In this document: one piece after another, positions 42,239-52,147 of the stretch
Numbering within the stretch: position 1 is the stretch's first letter
How the letters are laid out: each line of letters begins with the position of its first letter
Assembly (NCBI GenBank): GCA_002306385.1
Contig: DBRV01000003.1
Span: 861-64,860, forward strand
DNA length: 64,000 nt
Origin: Candidatus Falkowbacteria bacterium UBA1359
Lineage (GTDB): Bacteria > Patescibacteriota > Patescibacteriia > Patescibacteriales > Patescibacteriaceae
Direction of reading: 5' to 3'
Program-made: the position numbers and the translations under genes
The notes under the pieces: generated by a model
The model's database searches: none
Seen by the model: the letters and a program-made list of their open reading frames with translations, nothing else
Told to the model about the DNA's origin: nothing

Positions 42239-44902
42239 ATGCCGAGTGCGGATAAAAAATTAGTAGTTGTTGATGGGAATGCCGTTACCTATAGGTCATT
42301 TTATGCTATTCAGTCGGGGCTTTCTTCTAATAATCAGCCGACTAATGCTGTCTATGGTTTTTTTAGCGTTTTATTTAAGGTTATTAATGAGTTATCGCCA
42401 GATTATTTAGTGGTAGCTTTTGATAGACCTGAGCCAACTTTTCGTCATGAGTTATCTGTTGATTATAAAGCTAAAAGAATCAAGCAGCCCGAGGAGTTAT
42501 ATAGTCAGATTCCAATAATTAAAGAGCTGCTTACGGCCATCAATGTTCCTATTATTGAATTAGCTGGTTATGAGGCTGATGATATTATTGGAACAATTGT
42601 GAGTCATACGCCTAAAAGTATTCATAATTATATTGTCACTGGTGATAAAGATGCCTTTCAACTAGTTAACGATCATGTTAGTGTTTATTGGTTACAGCGA
42701 GGTTTGCAAAAGACGGTCATTTTAGACAGGGAAGGAGTAAAAAGAATTTTGGGCCTTGAGCCAGAACAGGTAGTAGATTATAAATCTTTACGTGGAGATG
42801 CTAGTGATAATATTATGGGAGTACCTGGTATTGGTGACAAGACAGCGGTTAGCCTTCTACAGTCATTTGGTAGCCTAGATAATATTCAAACCGCTGTAGC
42901 TGCTGGCGACAACATTAAGATAAAACCACGTTGGCGTCAACTTATTCTGGCTAATCAAGAAAGCCTAGACTTAAGCCAAAAGTTGGCCAGTATTAATTCT
43001 AATGTACCAATTAAATTTTCATTGAAAGAAGCTAAATTTACTGGTTTTGATTTTATTTTAGCTCGTCAAGCCTTTTTAAAATGGCAACTTAACAGTCTTA
43101 TTCCTAGACTAGAAAAATTATCCCACTATTCTAAAAGTAGGCCGGCAGTTTTCGCAATTAGTCAATCAAGGATAATAGAAATTAATAATGTCAATGAATC
43201 AACCAACCTAGCTCATTCTTGGACCGGAAAAACCTTAGCTCTTCGTCCAGCATTTGATGGCAAGCGGATAACTAGTTTAATGCTGGCCGGTCAGAATGAG
43301 ATTTATCAGTTAGTTATAGGTAAAGAAATTCAAGGTGAGCTATTTACCCCTTCCACATCTAGGAATCCAATTTTAGAACCATGGAGAACAATTTTAGAGG
43401 ATAAAAATACTAAAAAAATTATCTTTCAAGCCAAAGAAGTTATTAAATTTTTATTAACTCAGGAAATTGTTTTAGAAGGCCTAAGCGGTGATCCCCTACT
43501 AGCTAATTATCTTTTACATCCCGGAGAGCGACAGATTAGCCTTATGGATATTGGTCGGCAGGTCGGTTTTGAGTGGGGAGAAAAAAGCGGTAGCCCCAAA
43601 GATGCTGCTTTTGGGGTTTTACAAATTATGGATATCCATGAGGCCTTGATAAAAGAATTAACTGATACTTACTTATTAAAAGTATATAATGAAATTGAGA
43701 TTCCGCTTATTACTGTTTTAGCTAAAATGGAGCTAGCTGGTATTAAAATTAATCAAGAGGTGTTAACCAATCTAGCTCAAAAATGGCAAGACAGCTTAAA
43801 TCGTTTATCTCAAGAAATTTATAATCAGGCTGGTGAAGAGTTTAATATTAATTCTCCTAAGCAACTTCAGGATATTTTATTTAAGAAGTTGGCACTTAAT
43901 TCAAAGGGGCTAGATAAAACAAAAAATGGTCCCTCTACTGATGCCGATAATTTACAAAAGATTAAAGACCAGCACCCCATAGTTTCTTTACTTTTAGAGT
44001 ATCGAGAAATTAGTAAGTTATTAAATACTTATGCTTTGGCTTTGCCTAAGCTTATTAGTACTAAAGATGGACGACTAAGGGCTAATTTTCATCAAGCCAT
44101 AACTGCTACTGGCCGTCTATCTTCGAGTGATCCTAATCTGCAGAATATTCCTATCCGTACTGAGATGGGAAGAAAATTACGTCAAGCTTTTGTGCCCGAG
44201 CAAGGCTATAAACTAATTAGTTTTGATTATTCTCAAATAGAGTTAAGAATAATAGCTAGCTTAGCCCACGAAGATAGCATGATTGCTAACTTCTTGGCGG
44301 GTCATGACATCCATGCCGTGACAGCGGCTAAAATTAATGGGATTCCATTAGAAGATGTTACCGAAAAACAACGTCGAGCCGCTAAAGCTGTTAATTTTGG
44401 TATTTTATATGGTCAAGGACCACATGGGCTGTCTAGAGCCACTGGTCTTAGTTATGGAGCAGCTAAAGATTTTATTGAACAATATTTTACTATTTATCCT
44501 CAGATTCATAAGTATATTAATGAATTATTAATAAAAGCACGTCAGGATGGATTTGTTACTACCTTTTGGGGCCGTCGGCGATATTTGCCAGACCTATTAA
44601 GTCCTAATCCAACCCTAAGGCGAGCTGCTGAGAGAATGGCTATTAATTTTCCAGTTCAAGGTACTGCTGCTGATATTATGAAAGCAGCCATGATTAATGT
44701 AGATCATTGGCTAGAAGATAATTTCGCCTGGGTTCAGGCTAGAATAGTATTGCAAATTCACGATGAAATTTTAATTGAAGCCTCTGAGGAGTTAGTAGAT
44801 AAAATTACTGCTGCTGTGCCACCCTTAATGACAGAAATAATTGCCTTACCGGTACCATTAGTAGTTAGTACTAAGGTAGGTAATAGTTGGGCTGAATTAT
44901 AA
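42239..44902 (+). CDS. polA: DNA polymerase I
   Basis: 5'-nuclease domain (VVDGNAVTYRSFYA, GDKD, GVPGIGDKTA). Polymerase motifs DYSQIELR, RRAAKAVNFGILYG and QIHDE. Confidence 0.95.
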   Translation: MPSADKKLVVVDGNAVTYRSFYAIQSGLSSNNQPTNAVYGFFSVLFKVINELSPDYLVVAFDRPEPTFRHELSVDYKAKRIKQPEELYSQIPIIKELLTAINVPIIELAGYEADDIIGTIVSHTPKSIHNYIVTGDKDAFQLVNDHVSVYWLQRGLQKTVILDREGVKRILGLEPEQVVDYKSLRGDASDNIMGVPGIGDKTAVSLLQSFGSLDNIQTAVAAGDNIKIKPRWRQLILANQESLDLSQKLASINSNVPIKFSLKEAKFTGFDFILARQAFLKWQLNSLIPRLEKLSHYSKSRPAVFAISQSRIIEINNVNESTNLAHSWTGKTLALRPAFDGKRITSLMLAGQNEIYQLVIGKEIQGELFTPSTSRNPILEPWRTILEDKNTKKIIFQAKEVIKFLLTQEIVLEGLSGDPLLANYLLHPGERQISLMDIGRQVGFEWGEKSGSPKDAAFGVLQIMDIHEALIKELTDTYLLKVYNEIEIPLITVLAKMELAGIKINQEVLTNLAQKWQDSLNRLSQEIYNQAGEEFNINSPKQLQDILFKKLALNSKGLDKTKNGPSTDADNLQKIKDQHPIVSLLLEYREISKLLNTYALALPKLISTKDGRLRANFHQAITATGRLSSSDPNLQNIPIRTEMGRKLRQAFVPEQGYKLISFDYSQIELRIIASLAHEDSMIANFLAGHDIHAVTAAKINGIPLEDVTEKQRRAAKAVNFGILYGQGPHGLSRATGLSYGAAKDFIEQYFTIYPQIHKYINELLIKARQDGFVTTFWGRRRYLPDLLSPNPTLRRAAERMAINFPVQGTAADIMKAAMINVDHWLEDNFAWVQARIVLQIHDEILIEASEELVDKITAAVPPLMTEIIALPVPLVVSTKVGNSWAEL

Positions 44903-44904
44903 GT

Positions 44905-46230
44905 ATGATTAATTTGAAGGATTATTCCAATAAAAAAATAGCAGTTTTAGGGCTAGGAACAGAAAATGAAGCACTCATCCTATGGTTAGCTAGGCAGAGC
45001 TTACCATTAGACTTATCTATTTATGACCGGCGTGAAGCAACTTTATTAGGAGATAAATCAGAAAAAATTAATCATTTAGCTAGTAATTTATCCATAAAGT
45101 GGCAATTAGGCCGTAAATCATATAGGTCATTGAATGATTATGATGAACTTTGGCGTTCACCGGGCTGGCCCATTTTTTGTCCCCAGGTTCAAGAAGCTAT
45201 ACGGCATGGTTCTTATTTAAACAGTCCAATGAATTTATTTTTTGAGTTTTGTCCTACTAAGAACATCATTGGAGTTACCGGTAGCAAGGGGAAGGGGACA
45301 ACTGCTAGCTTAATTTATGACATTTTAAAGTTAGCTGGTTGGCCAGTCTTTTTAGGGGGTAATATTGGTGTACCGCCATTTGCCTTTTTTGATCAACTAA
45401 ATAAGGATTCATGGGTGGTTTTGGAGTTGTCTAGTTTTCAGCTAGAGGATTTAAGATTTAGTCCCCATATTGCTGTTATTACCAATCTTTATAAAGAACA
45501 TTTAGCGCCCGCTGATCCAGTTAATCCTAATTATCATAAGAGTTTTGATGATTATTGGCTAGCGAAAGAACATATTTTTTTACATCAAACTTCTAGCGAT
45601 TGGTTAGTCATTAATAAAAAATTATCTAATTTATTAGACAAGAAGCTTTGTCCAGGGAAAATTAAGTGGTTTGGACGACTGACTTGGCCTAGTAAATTGA
45701 TAGGGGAACATAATCAAGAAAATGTTGCTGCTGCTTGGGCAGCGACAAAAATAGTTAATGTGCCATTAAAAATTGCTAAGGAGGCGGTAGCTAATTTCAA
45801 GGGACTAGAACATCGTTTGGAGTTTGTGGGGGAGAAAAATGGAGTTCGTTATTATGATGATAGCTTTGCTACTAATCCAGATTCTACCATAATAGCTATT
45901 AAATCTTTTAGAGAGCCAATTATTTTGTTAGCTGGTGGAGCTGACAAGGGCAATGATTTTACTTCTTTAGCTAAGGTGATTATTAGCCAGCAAGTTAAAG
46001 TGGTCATTTTATTTGAGGGAGAGGCTTCACCTCGTTTTAAGGATAGTTTGTTGTCAGCTGGTTATCCGCCACAGCAAATATTGTCAGCCAGTAGTATGAC
46101 TGAGGCCATGAATTTAGCTAAAAAATATGCACAAGCAGGCGATATTGTATTATTATCGCCTGCTTGTGCTAGTTTTGGCTTATTTAAGAATTATAAAGAA
46201 AGAGGTAATTTATTTAAGCAAGCGGTTTAG
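44905..46230 (+). CDS. murD: UDP-N-acetylmuramoylalanine--D-glutamate ligase
   Basis: N-terminal Rossmann segment KKIAVLGLG. Mur ligase P-loop GVTGSKGKGTT. C-terminal domain SPACASFGLFKNYKERG. Confidence 0.85.
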   Translation: MINLKDYSNKKIAVLGLGTENEALILWLARQSLPLDLSIYDRREATLLGDKSEKINHLASNLSIKWQLGRKSYRSLNDYDELWRSPGWPIFCPQVQEAIRHGSYLNSPMNLFFEFCPTKNIIGVTGSKGKGTTASLIYDILKLAGWPVFLGGNIGVPPFAFFDQLNKDSWVVLELSSFQLEDLRFSPHIAVITNLYKEHLAPADPVNPNYHKSFDDYWLAKEHIFLHQTSSDWLVINKKLSNLLDKKLCPGKIKWFGRLTWPSKLIGEHNQENVAAAWAATKIVNVPLKIAKEAVANFKGLEHRLEFVGEKNGVRYYDDSFATNPDSTIIAIKSFREPIILLAGGADKGNDFTSLAKVIISQQVKVVILFEGEASPRFKDSLLSAGYPPQQILSASSMTEAMNLAKKYAQAGDIVLLSPACASFGLFKNYKERGNLFKQAV

Positions 46231-48037
46231 GCCCAACCATTGCTTCAAATGCATCTTTCTCAATCGTTTCTTTGGTGATGAGTTCATGACTGATGGTCTC
46301 TAATTCTTGACGATGGTTATTAATTATCTCTTCAGCCATTGTGCGGGCTTGATGGATAAAATTATTAATTTCTTGGTCAATTTGTTCGGCTACTTTTTCA
46401 CTATAATCGCGTTGCTCGTGAATTTCCCGACCCAGAAAAATCATTTCTTCTTTTTCGCCAAAAGTTCGTGGGCCTAATTTTTCACTCATACCAAAGTCAG
46501 TAACTAATCTTCTGGCTAGGCCAGTAGCTTGTCTGAGGTCAGAGGTTGCACCGGTAGTTACTTCGCCATAAACAATTTTTTCACTCAAATAGCCCCCCAA
46601 AAGCACAGCTATTTCTTCAATGAATTCTTGCTTACTTTGGAGATGCTTATCGCGTTCTGGCATTTTTAAAGTATAGCCACCAGCTTGTCCCCGGGCGACT
46701 ATTGATATTTTTTGTACCGGGTCAGTATGTGGCAAAAAATGAGCTACCAGGGCATGGCCTGCTTCATGGTAAGCGGTGATTTCTTTTTCTTTATCACTTA
46801 AGAGACGGCTTTTTCTTTCTGGACCCAGCATAACCTTTTCAATACTTACTAATAAATCTTCATTATCAATAACTTTTTTATTCTTTTTAGCGGCTAAGAT
46901 AGCTGCTTCATTGAGCACATTAGCTAAGTCAGCCCCACTAAAACCAGGAGTGCGTTGAGCTACTAAGTGGAGGTCAGCATCTTGGGCTAGTGGTTTATTA
47001 GTGGCATGTATCTTGAGGATTTCATAGCGATCTTTAATATCTGGTTCATCTAGAATAACTTGGCGGTCAAATCGCCCGGGTCTTAAAAGGGCCGGATCTA
47101 GGACATCGGGTCGATTAGTGGCAGCCATAACAATCACATTGGTATCAGCTTCAAAGCCATCCATTTCTACTAGAATTTGATTTAGGGTTTGCTCACGTTC
47201 ATCATGAGACCCCCCAAGACCGGCGCCGCGTCTACGACCAACAGCGTCAATCTCGTCAATAAAAACAATGCAGGGAGCACTCTTTTTAGCCTTTTTAAAT
47301 AGATCCCTAACTCGTGAGGCCCCAACTCCAACAAACATTTCGACAAATTCTGATCCAGATAAACTAAAAAATGGGACATTAGCTTCACCGGCCACAGCCC
47401 GAGCCAGTAAGGTTTTACCAGTTCCCGGTGAACCAAGCAGTAAAATACCTTTAGGAATTTTAGCTCCTAGGTCAGTAAATTTTTTAGGTTGCTTTAAAAA
47501 TTGTACCACCTCTCGTAATTCTTCTTTGGCCTCTTTTACTCCGCCTACATCTTTAAATGTAATTTTATTTTTGTGGCGGTCTATTTCTTTGGCAGTAGTT
47601 TGGCCAAAACTTAAAGCTCGGTTGTTAACCCCTTGCGCTGAGCGCATAATAAAATAAAATAAACCTGCAAAAACTAGAATAGGAATAAGAAGAGGTAGGA
47701 CAGTGGTAAGGAAAATGGTAGCAGTAGAGTCATTTTTTACCCTTATATTAACTGCCGTTATTTTTTCTGGACTTACCCCGTAGTTATGTAATAATTGGCT
47801 TAAACTCTCTCCTGGTTCTTTATCAGCAGTTTGCTCTCGGTTATCTTTCAAAACAATAGATAAATTATCACCCTTAACAGTAATGCTAGCAATTTCTTCA
47901 TTATTAATTTCTTGCACTAGTCTTTCTAGACCAATTTTTTCTACGGGCGTACTTTTACTAGAATATAAACTAAATAGATAACTAATTGTCAGAAAAATAA
48001 TTAAGACTAGAAAAAAATTTTTAAATAAATTTTTCAT
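46214..48037 (-). CDS. ftsH: ATP-dependent zinc metalloprotease FtsH
   Basis: [27 protein letters not shown], and HEAGHA zinc motif, with an N-terminal TM helix. Its 3' end overlaps the murD 3' end by 17 nt. Confidence 0.97.
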   Translation of the reverse strand: MKNLFKNFFLVLIIFLTISYLFSLYSSKSTPVEKIGLERLVQEINNEEIASITVKGDNLSIVLKDNREQTADKEPGESLSQLLHNYGVSPEKITAVNIRVKNDSTATIFLTTVLPLLIPILVFAGLFYFIMRSAQGVNNRALSFGQTTAKEIDRHKNKITFKDVGGVKEAKEELREVVQFLKQPKKFTDLGAKIPKGILLLGSPGTGKTLLARAVAGEANVPFFSLSGSEFVEMFVGVGASRVRDLFKKAKKSAPCIVFIDEIDAVGRRRGAGLGGSHDEREQTLNQILVEMDGFEADTNVIVMAATNRPDVLDPALLRPGRFDRQVILDEPDIKDRYEILKIHATNKPLAQDADLHLVAQRTPGFSGADLANVLNEAAILAAKKNKKVIDNEDLLVSIEKVMLGPERKSRLLSDKEKEITAYHEAGHALVAHFLPHTDPVQKISIVARGQAGGYTLKMPERDKHLQSKQEFIEEIAVLLGGYLSEKIVYGEVTTGATSDLRQATGLARRLVTDFGMSEKLGPRTFGEKEEMIFLGREIHEQRDYSEKVAEQIDQEINNFIHQARTMAEEIINNHRQELETISHELITKETIEKDAFEAMVGPKPLA

Positions 48038-48099
48038 AATTTAAAATTGTAATGATTATTTCAGTATAGTCTAATAACTACAGATTGACAATTTATCTA

Positions 48100-49383
48100 T
48101 TAGTCTTTTGCTTTTTTAATAGATTTTTTACCTGTCTTTTTAGAAATAGCGTCTTGTGTTTTGTTATTTTTTGTCTCTTTATCTATTGGTGATTGCTTGT
48201 CTTGCTGACTCTTGTCTTTCTTGGACTGGTCATTTACTTTTTTAGGTTCCTCCTCATTGTCTTCGGGCGGATTATTAGAGGATGATGCCCTAGAGACTTT
48301 TTTATTTATACTAGCTAGCCCAAGGCGATGATTATCTGGCTCTAGAGAAATAATTATAAATTCAGCTTTAGAATTTGGTGTATAGGCTTCAGTTATTTTT
48401 TGTCCAGGTTTAAGGGCTAATTGACTAACATGAGCTAATCCATGTATATCTTTGTCTAGTTCAACAAAAAGGCCGAAGGGGTTGACTTTTAAGACCGTCC
48501 CCGTAACCTTTTGTCCGACCTTGTATTTTTTAGCAACATCTCTCCATGGGTCATGGACTAATTTTTTGGCAGATAAGAAGATTTTTGAGCCGTCAATAGA
48601 GATAATCTCAGCTCTAATTTTGTCTCCTATTTTGTATAGTTCATTAATATCATCAATTCTTTGCCAAGCCAGTTCACTAATATGGATTAAACCCTCTAAA
48701 TCGTTATCAAAATTAATAAATAGGCCGAAGCCAGTAATAGCAGTAATAACCCCTTCTACTATACTACCAACTTTATAGCGAGAAATAACATCTTTTTGTT
48801 TATCTTGCCAGGCATCTTTTTCGCTAACAATAAATTTTTTTTCATTTTCATCTAGGGCTATGATTTTTACTTCTAATTCAGAACCAACCAGAGTTTTTAG
48901 TTTTTCTAGAATCTTAGTTTTATCGCCTCCACTTACTCGAGGATAATTATTTGGCGCTAATTGAGATACTGGTAGAAATCCAGTGAGTTGAGAGAGAGCA
49001 ACTATTAATCCACCTCGATTGGCATCTAAAACTTTAACTTTAATATTAGTTTTATCGGCATAATTTTTTTGGAGAAGCGCCCAGCTTTTTTGCTCATCAA
49101 TATGACGAAAAGATAGCTCTAGCTCACCATTTTCATTATCTATATCAATTAATGTAGCCTCAATTTCTGTATTAATTGGCAGTTTGGTATAGTCATTAGT
49201 ACTAAAGTAGAGTTCACGTCCTCGAATGACACCGGTCATCACACCATTGATATCTACCTTGACTTCAGATTTAGAGGTAGAAATAACTCGTCCAGAAACC
49301 GTATCACCGACTTTAGGGATGGGTATTGGGTCTTTTTCTAATAATTTACTAAATTCTTTCTCATTGTCCTTTGTTTGGTTCAT
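48100..49383 (-). CDS. rpsA: 30S ribosomal protein S1-like (four S1 domains) with a Lys-rich tail
   Basis: Repeated S1 motifs (GDTVSGRVI, GSIVEGVITAITGFGLFINF, GQKVTGTVLKVNPFGLFVEL). Tail KKVNDQSKKDKSQQDK...KKSIKKAKD. Confidence 0.8.
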   Translation of the reverse strand: MNQTKDNEKEFSKLLEKDPIPIPKVGDTVSGRVISTSKSEVKVDINGVMTGVIRGRELYFSTNDYTKLPINTEIEATLIDIDNENGELELSFRHIDEQKSWALLQKNYADKTNIKVKVLDANRGGLIVALSQLTGFLPVSQLAPNNYPRVSGGDKTKILEKLKTLVGSELEVKIIALDENEKKFIVSEKDAWQDKQKDVISRYKVGSIVEGVITAITGFGLFINFDNDLEGLIHISELAWQRIDDINELYKIGDKIRAEIISIDGSKIFLSAKKLVHDPWRDVAKKYKVGQKVTGTVLKVNPFGLFVELDKDIHGLAHVSQLALKPGQKITEAYTPNSKAEFIIISLEPDNHRLGLASINKKVSRASSSNNPPEDNEEEPKKVNDQSKKDKSQQDKQSPIDKETKNNKTQDAISKKTGKKSIKKAKD

Positions 49384-49560
49384 AAAAAATAACTAGGCTA
49401 ACACCTAGTAGGAGATTAACCTCTAGCAAAATTGTCAATTTTTGCTGAAGTCTTTTGGTTCACCTTGCCAAAAGTTTTTAAATAGGTGTAAGATAAAAAC
49501 ATCTTAAAAGATTTTTTTAAAAAAGGCAAGTAGATAGGTAAATAGTGATGTTGATGGTTT

Positions 49561-49569
49561 TGCTATAAT
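49561..49569 (+). promoter_or_regulatory. extended -10 element TGcTATAAT upstream of the 49628 gene
   Basis: Read directly. No good -35 element. Confidence 0.4.
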
Positions 49570-49627
49570 GCTGTTAATGGAATTAGGTGTTCTTTAAAAA
49601 TTAAACTAAAAATAAAGGAGGTGTTCC

Positions 49628-51049
49628 ATGAAAAGGAACCGCATCTTTTTAATGGCCATTTTTTTAATGGCTATCACGTCTCTGCCAGCTCAAGCTGGGC
49701 CCCAGCAATTATGGTCGATTACCCTAGATCTTTTTCTGACCGAGCCTGAGGTTACCAATAATCTAGTGGTGATAGGTGATAACCTATATCTATTAGCAGA
49801 GACATTGGGCAATGTCCCATATCTTTTAAAGTTGGTCCAGGTTAATAAGACGACAGGAGAAGTCGGCTGGATAAGAAATCTGCCCTCGCAGGGGCTGGAG
49901 GTGGTCAATAATCAGTTAGCGGTGAGCCCCGATAATAATCTTGTGTTGGCTCATGCTGGCATTGTTCACAAAATATGTCCGGAAAACGGGCAGGACATAT
50001 GGACTCATGATTTTACTAATGATTCACCGGCTCTTGTTTGCCGATTGTGTGCTACTGCTGATTATTTGATCTGTTTGGATTGTTTTTCTCATTTATTTCT
50101 TGTGGACTATTCCGATGGTCATACTATTGGTACCTTGTTTGTATCTCGGGGGTATTATAGTGTTGATAGCAAGGGTGGAAATACTATTTTTATGGGTCAA
50201 AGAGACGGTCTACATGGTTATGACCCAAATAAGAGCGTTATAAGTAAAATAGTGGTGGATACCACTGCTACCACATGGGACAGCTATCAGACAGAGTGGC
50301 GCGTAGAGTTTCCTGAAGCGCTTCCTCGTGTATTACTAGATGGCAGCTGCAGTTCCCTATATGTTGTTGGAACTGATTATAGCCTACCCAGTGAGTTGTG
50401 TTCACTGCGCTATTTAGATGCCTCAAATGGTAATTGCCTTTGGTCAGTACTATTGCAGAGTTCTACTTTCATAAGAGGTATGATCAGCAGTGATAGTGAC
50501 GCAGAGGCTGAAGGAATTTTTTTATACGGAAGACATCTAGCGAATCCACTGCTGCTTAGTTATAGTGCCTCTGGTTATCTGAACTGGATATTTAGTCCAG
50601 TATTACCAGGTGGGGCTGTAGATGGTCAATACGAAGATGCCATCTGGGATGGTGATACTTTGATACTTATTGCCCCGATAGCCGAGTGGGGGTCGAACCT
50701 ACTTGCTGACTACTTGTGGTTGTCGGCTATTTCTACTGTTAATGGCGTGGAAGATGGAGCTAGTGTCCCCATTGTTAGTCAGGCTACTTGCTATCCTAAT
50801 CCTTTTCGGGGTAGTACGTCCCTTAAATTTAAACAAGCAGTTGCTGGACCAGTTACTGTTGGTATTTATAATATGAAGGGACAGTTAATAAATACCCTAG
50901 TTAATGCTCAGCCATTTACTTGTGGTGAGCATGCCATTAATTGGGATGGCAAAAATAGTCGGGGACAGAAAGTAACCCCCGGCATTTATTTATATAAAAT
51001 TACTGTTGACCATTTTTCCCTAACCGGGAAAATGGTTTTGGTAAAATAA
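49628..51049 (+). CDS. secreted PQQ/BamB-like beta-propeller protein with a T9SS/FlgD-Ig-type C-terminal domain
   Basis: Signal peptide ...SLPAQA. Repeated G..W propeller motifs (GEVGWIRN, GQDIWTHD, GNCLWSVL, GYLNWIFS). The last 86 aa (nt 50789-51046) read CYPNPFRGSTSLKF...VGIYNMKGQLINTL...GEHAINWDGKNSRGQKVTPGIYLYKI...GKMVLVK. SD GGAGG at 49617-49621. Confidence 0.75.
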   Translation: MKRNRIFLMAIFLMAITSLPAQAGPQQLWSITLDLFLTEPEVTNNLVVIGDNLYLLAETLGNVPYLLKLVQVNKTTGEVGWIRNLPSQGLEVVNNQLAVSPDNNLVLAHAGIVHKICPENGQDIWTHDFTNDSPALVCRLCATADYLICLDCFSHLFLVDYSDGHTIGTLFVSRGYYSVDSKGGNTIFMGQRDGLHGYDPNKSVISKIVVDTTATTWDSYQTEWRVEFPEALPRVLLDGSCSSLYVVGTDYSLPSELCSLRYLDASNGNCLWSVLLQSSTFIRGMISSDSDAEAEGIFLYGRHLANPLLLSYSASGYLNWIFSPVLPGGAVDGQYEDAIWDGDTLILIAPIAEWGSNLLADYLWLSAISTVNGVEDGASVPIVSQATCYPNPFRGSTSLKFKQAVAGPVTVGIYNMKGQLINTLVNAQPFTCGEHAINWDGKNSRGQKVTPGIYLYKITVDHFSLTGKMVLVK

Positions 51050-51059
51050 CTAACAACAT

Positions 51060-51088
51060 CCGGTAGTTGAACAAACTACCGGTTTTTT
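51060..51088 (+). terminator. intrinsic terminator CCGGTAGTT-gaaca-AACTACCGG plus T6
   Basis: A 9-bp perfect stem followed by TTTTTT, 11 nt after the stop. Confidence 0.8.
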
Positions 51089-51099
51089 AATGAAACATG

Positions 51100-51128
51100 T
51101 TGACATTTTTTTACGGCCATGCTAACAT
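51100..51128 (+). promoter_or_regulatory. promoter TTGACA-17-TAACAT for the 3D-domain gene
   Basis: -35 at 51100-51105, -10 at 51123-51128. It lies inside the 5' extension proposed by the ORF track. Confidence 0.5.
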
Positions 51129-51186
51129 CCCCCATCACTTTTATACTACCCATGCTTGTTTTTTAGTTTCTGGATCTAAAAGTTTT

Positions 51187-51768
51187 ATGGATTATTCGTG
51201 TTGTAGTCCTTATTTGTTTAGTAAAAAACGTAATAGACAAATTAGTTGTTGGTTGCTAGGGGTAGTAATCTGGGAGTTATTACTATTGCCAAGGCCAATT
51301 TTGGCTGATGCAAAACAAAGGCCCAGGGCTCAGGCCAAGTCATTGGTATTTGATTTGACTATTAATAATATAGAGCCAAGTGATTTAGCTAATGAAAGAT
51401 TATCGCTTCGTTTGCCCGAAAAGGATATTATAGTAGAAGAGATTACCAAAACAGTTAGTGAGTCTAGTAGTAGTCTTTATATTATTACTGCCTATAATTC
51501 TAGTATGAGCCAGTGTGATGCTTCGCCTTGCATTACTGCTAGTGGTTTTAATGTTTGTAAACATAATATTGAAGATACGGTGGCAGCTAATTTTTTACCC
51601 TTAGGGACGAAGATCAAGATTCCAGATTTATTTGGCGAGCAAATTTTTGTGGTGCGAGACAGAATGCATCCTCGCCATCATAATCAGATTGATGTGTGGA
51701 TGAAAGAATATAAAAAAGCTAAACAGTTTGGTGTTAAAGTGGCAAGAATTGAAATTATAAGTTTTTAA
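51187..51768 (+). CDS. 3D-domain (MltA/RlpA-like DPBB) cell-wall-binding protein
   Basis: ITAYNSSMSQCDASPCITASG...TVAANFLPLGTKIKIPDLFGEQIFVVRDRM..IDVWM is typical of the 3D domain. Start moved to ATG 51187, downstream of the promoter. Confidence 0.7.
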   Translation: MDYSCCSPYLFSKKRNRQISCWLLGVVIWELLLLPRPILADAKQRPRAQAKSLVFDLTINNIEPSDLANERLSLRLPEKDIIVEEITKTVSESSSSLYIITAYNSSMSQCDASPCITASGFNVCKHNIEDTVAANFLPLGTKIKIPDLFGEQIFVVRDRMHPRHHNQIDVWMKEYKKAKQFGVKVARIEIISF

Positions 51769-51777
51769 TTTTATATC

Positions 51778-51805
51778 AAAACACTCCATAGGTATGGAGT
51801 GTTTT
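51778..51805. terminator. bidirectional terminator AAAACACTCCATA-gg-TATGGAGTGTTTT
   Basis: A 13-bp perfect stem with A-run and T-run arms, between convergent genes (the 3D-domain gene and rpsT). Confidence 0.75.
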
Positions 51806-51833
51806 GAGTTATAAGTTTAAAATTTTTATTTCT

Positions 51834-52100
51834 TCATTGCCCTTTGGTGGCGTTTAGTTTTTTTTGCAAGCGAGATTTTTTTCTGCTAGCCGTATTCTTT
51901 TTAATTACCCCCTTTTTAGCAGCCTTATCTAATGTTTTAGCGGCTTGTTTGACTAAATCATGGGCTTGGGGATTTTTGGCACTAATAGCCCGGCGACTGC
52001 CCTTGACCATTTTTTTAATTTCCTGTCGAGTTGCAGCATTACGGGTAGTACGTCTCTTGCTTTTGCGCAACTCTTTTTTGGCTGATTTTAGATTAGGCAT
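51834..52100 (-). CDS. rpsT: 30S ribosomal protein S20
   Basis: MPNLKSAKKELRKSKRRTTRN..., 88 aa, basic. Confidence 0.9.
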   Translation of the reverse strand: MPNLKSAKKELRKSKRRTTRNAATRQEIKKMVKGSRRAISAKNPQAHDLVKQAAKTLDKAAKKGVIKKNTASRKKSRLQKKLNATKGQ

Positions 52101-52147
52101 AATTGGAATTAATAAAATAAATAAAGCATTAAAGCAAATTTATCATA

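Noticed and set aside
49640-49676. Tandem IFLMAI-FLMAI duplication in the signal peptide of the propeller protein.
   Set aside because: It is a short slippage-type duplication within a hydrophobic h-region, with no functional implication that I can support.
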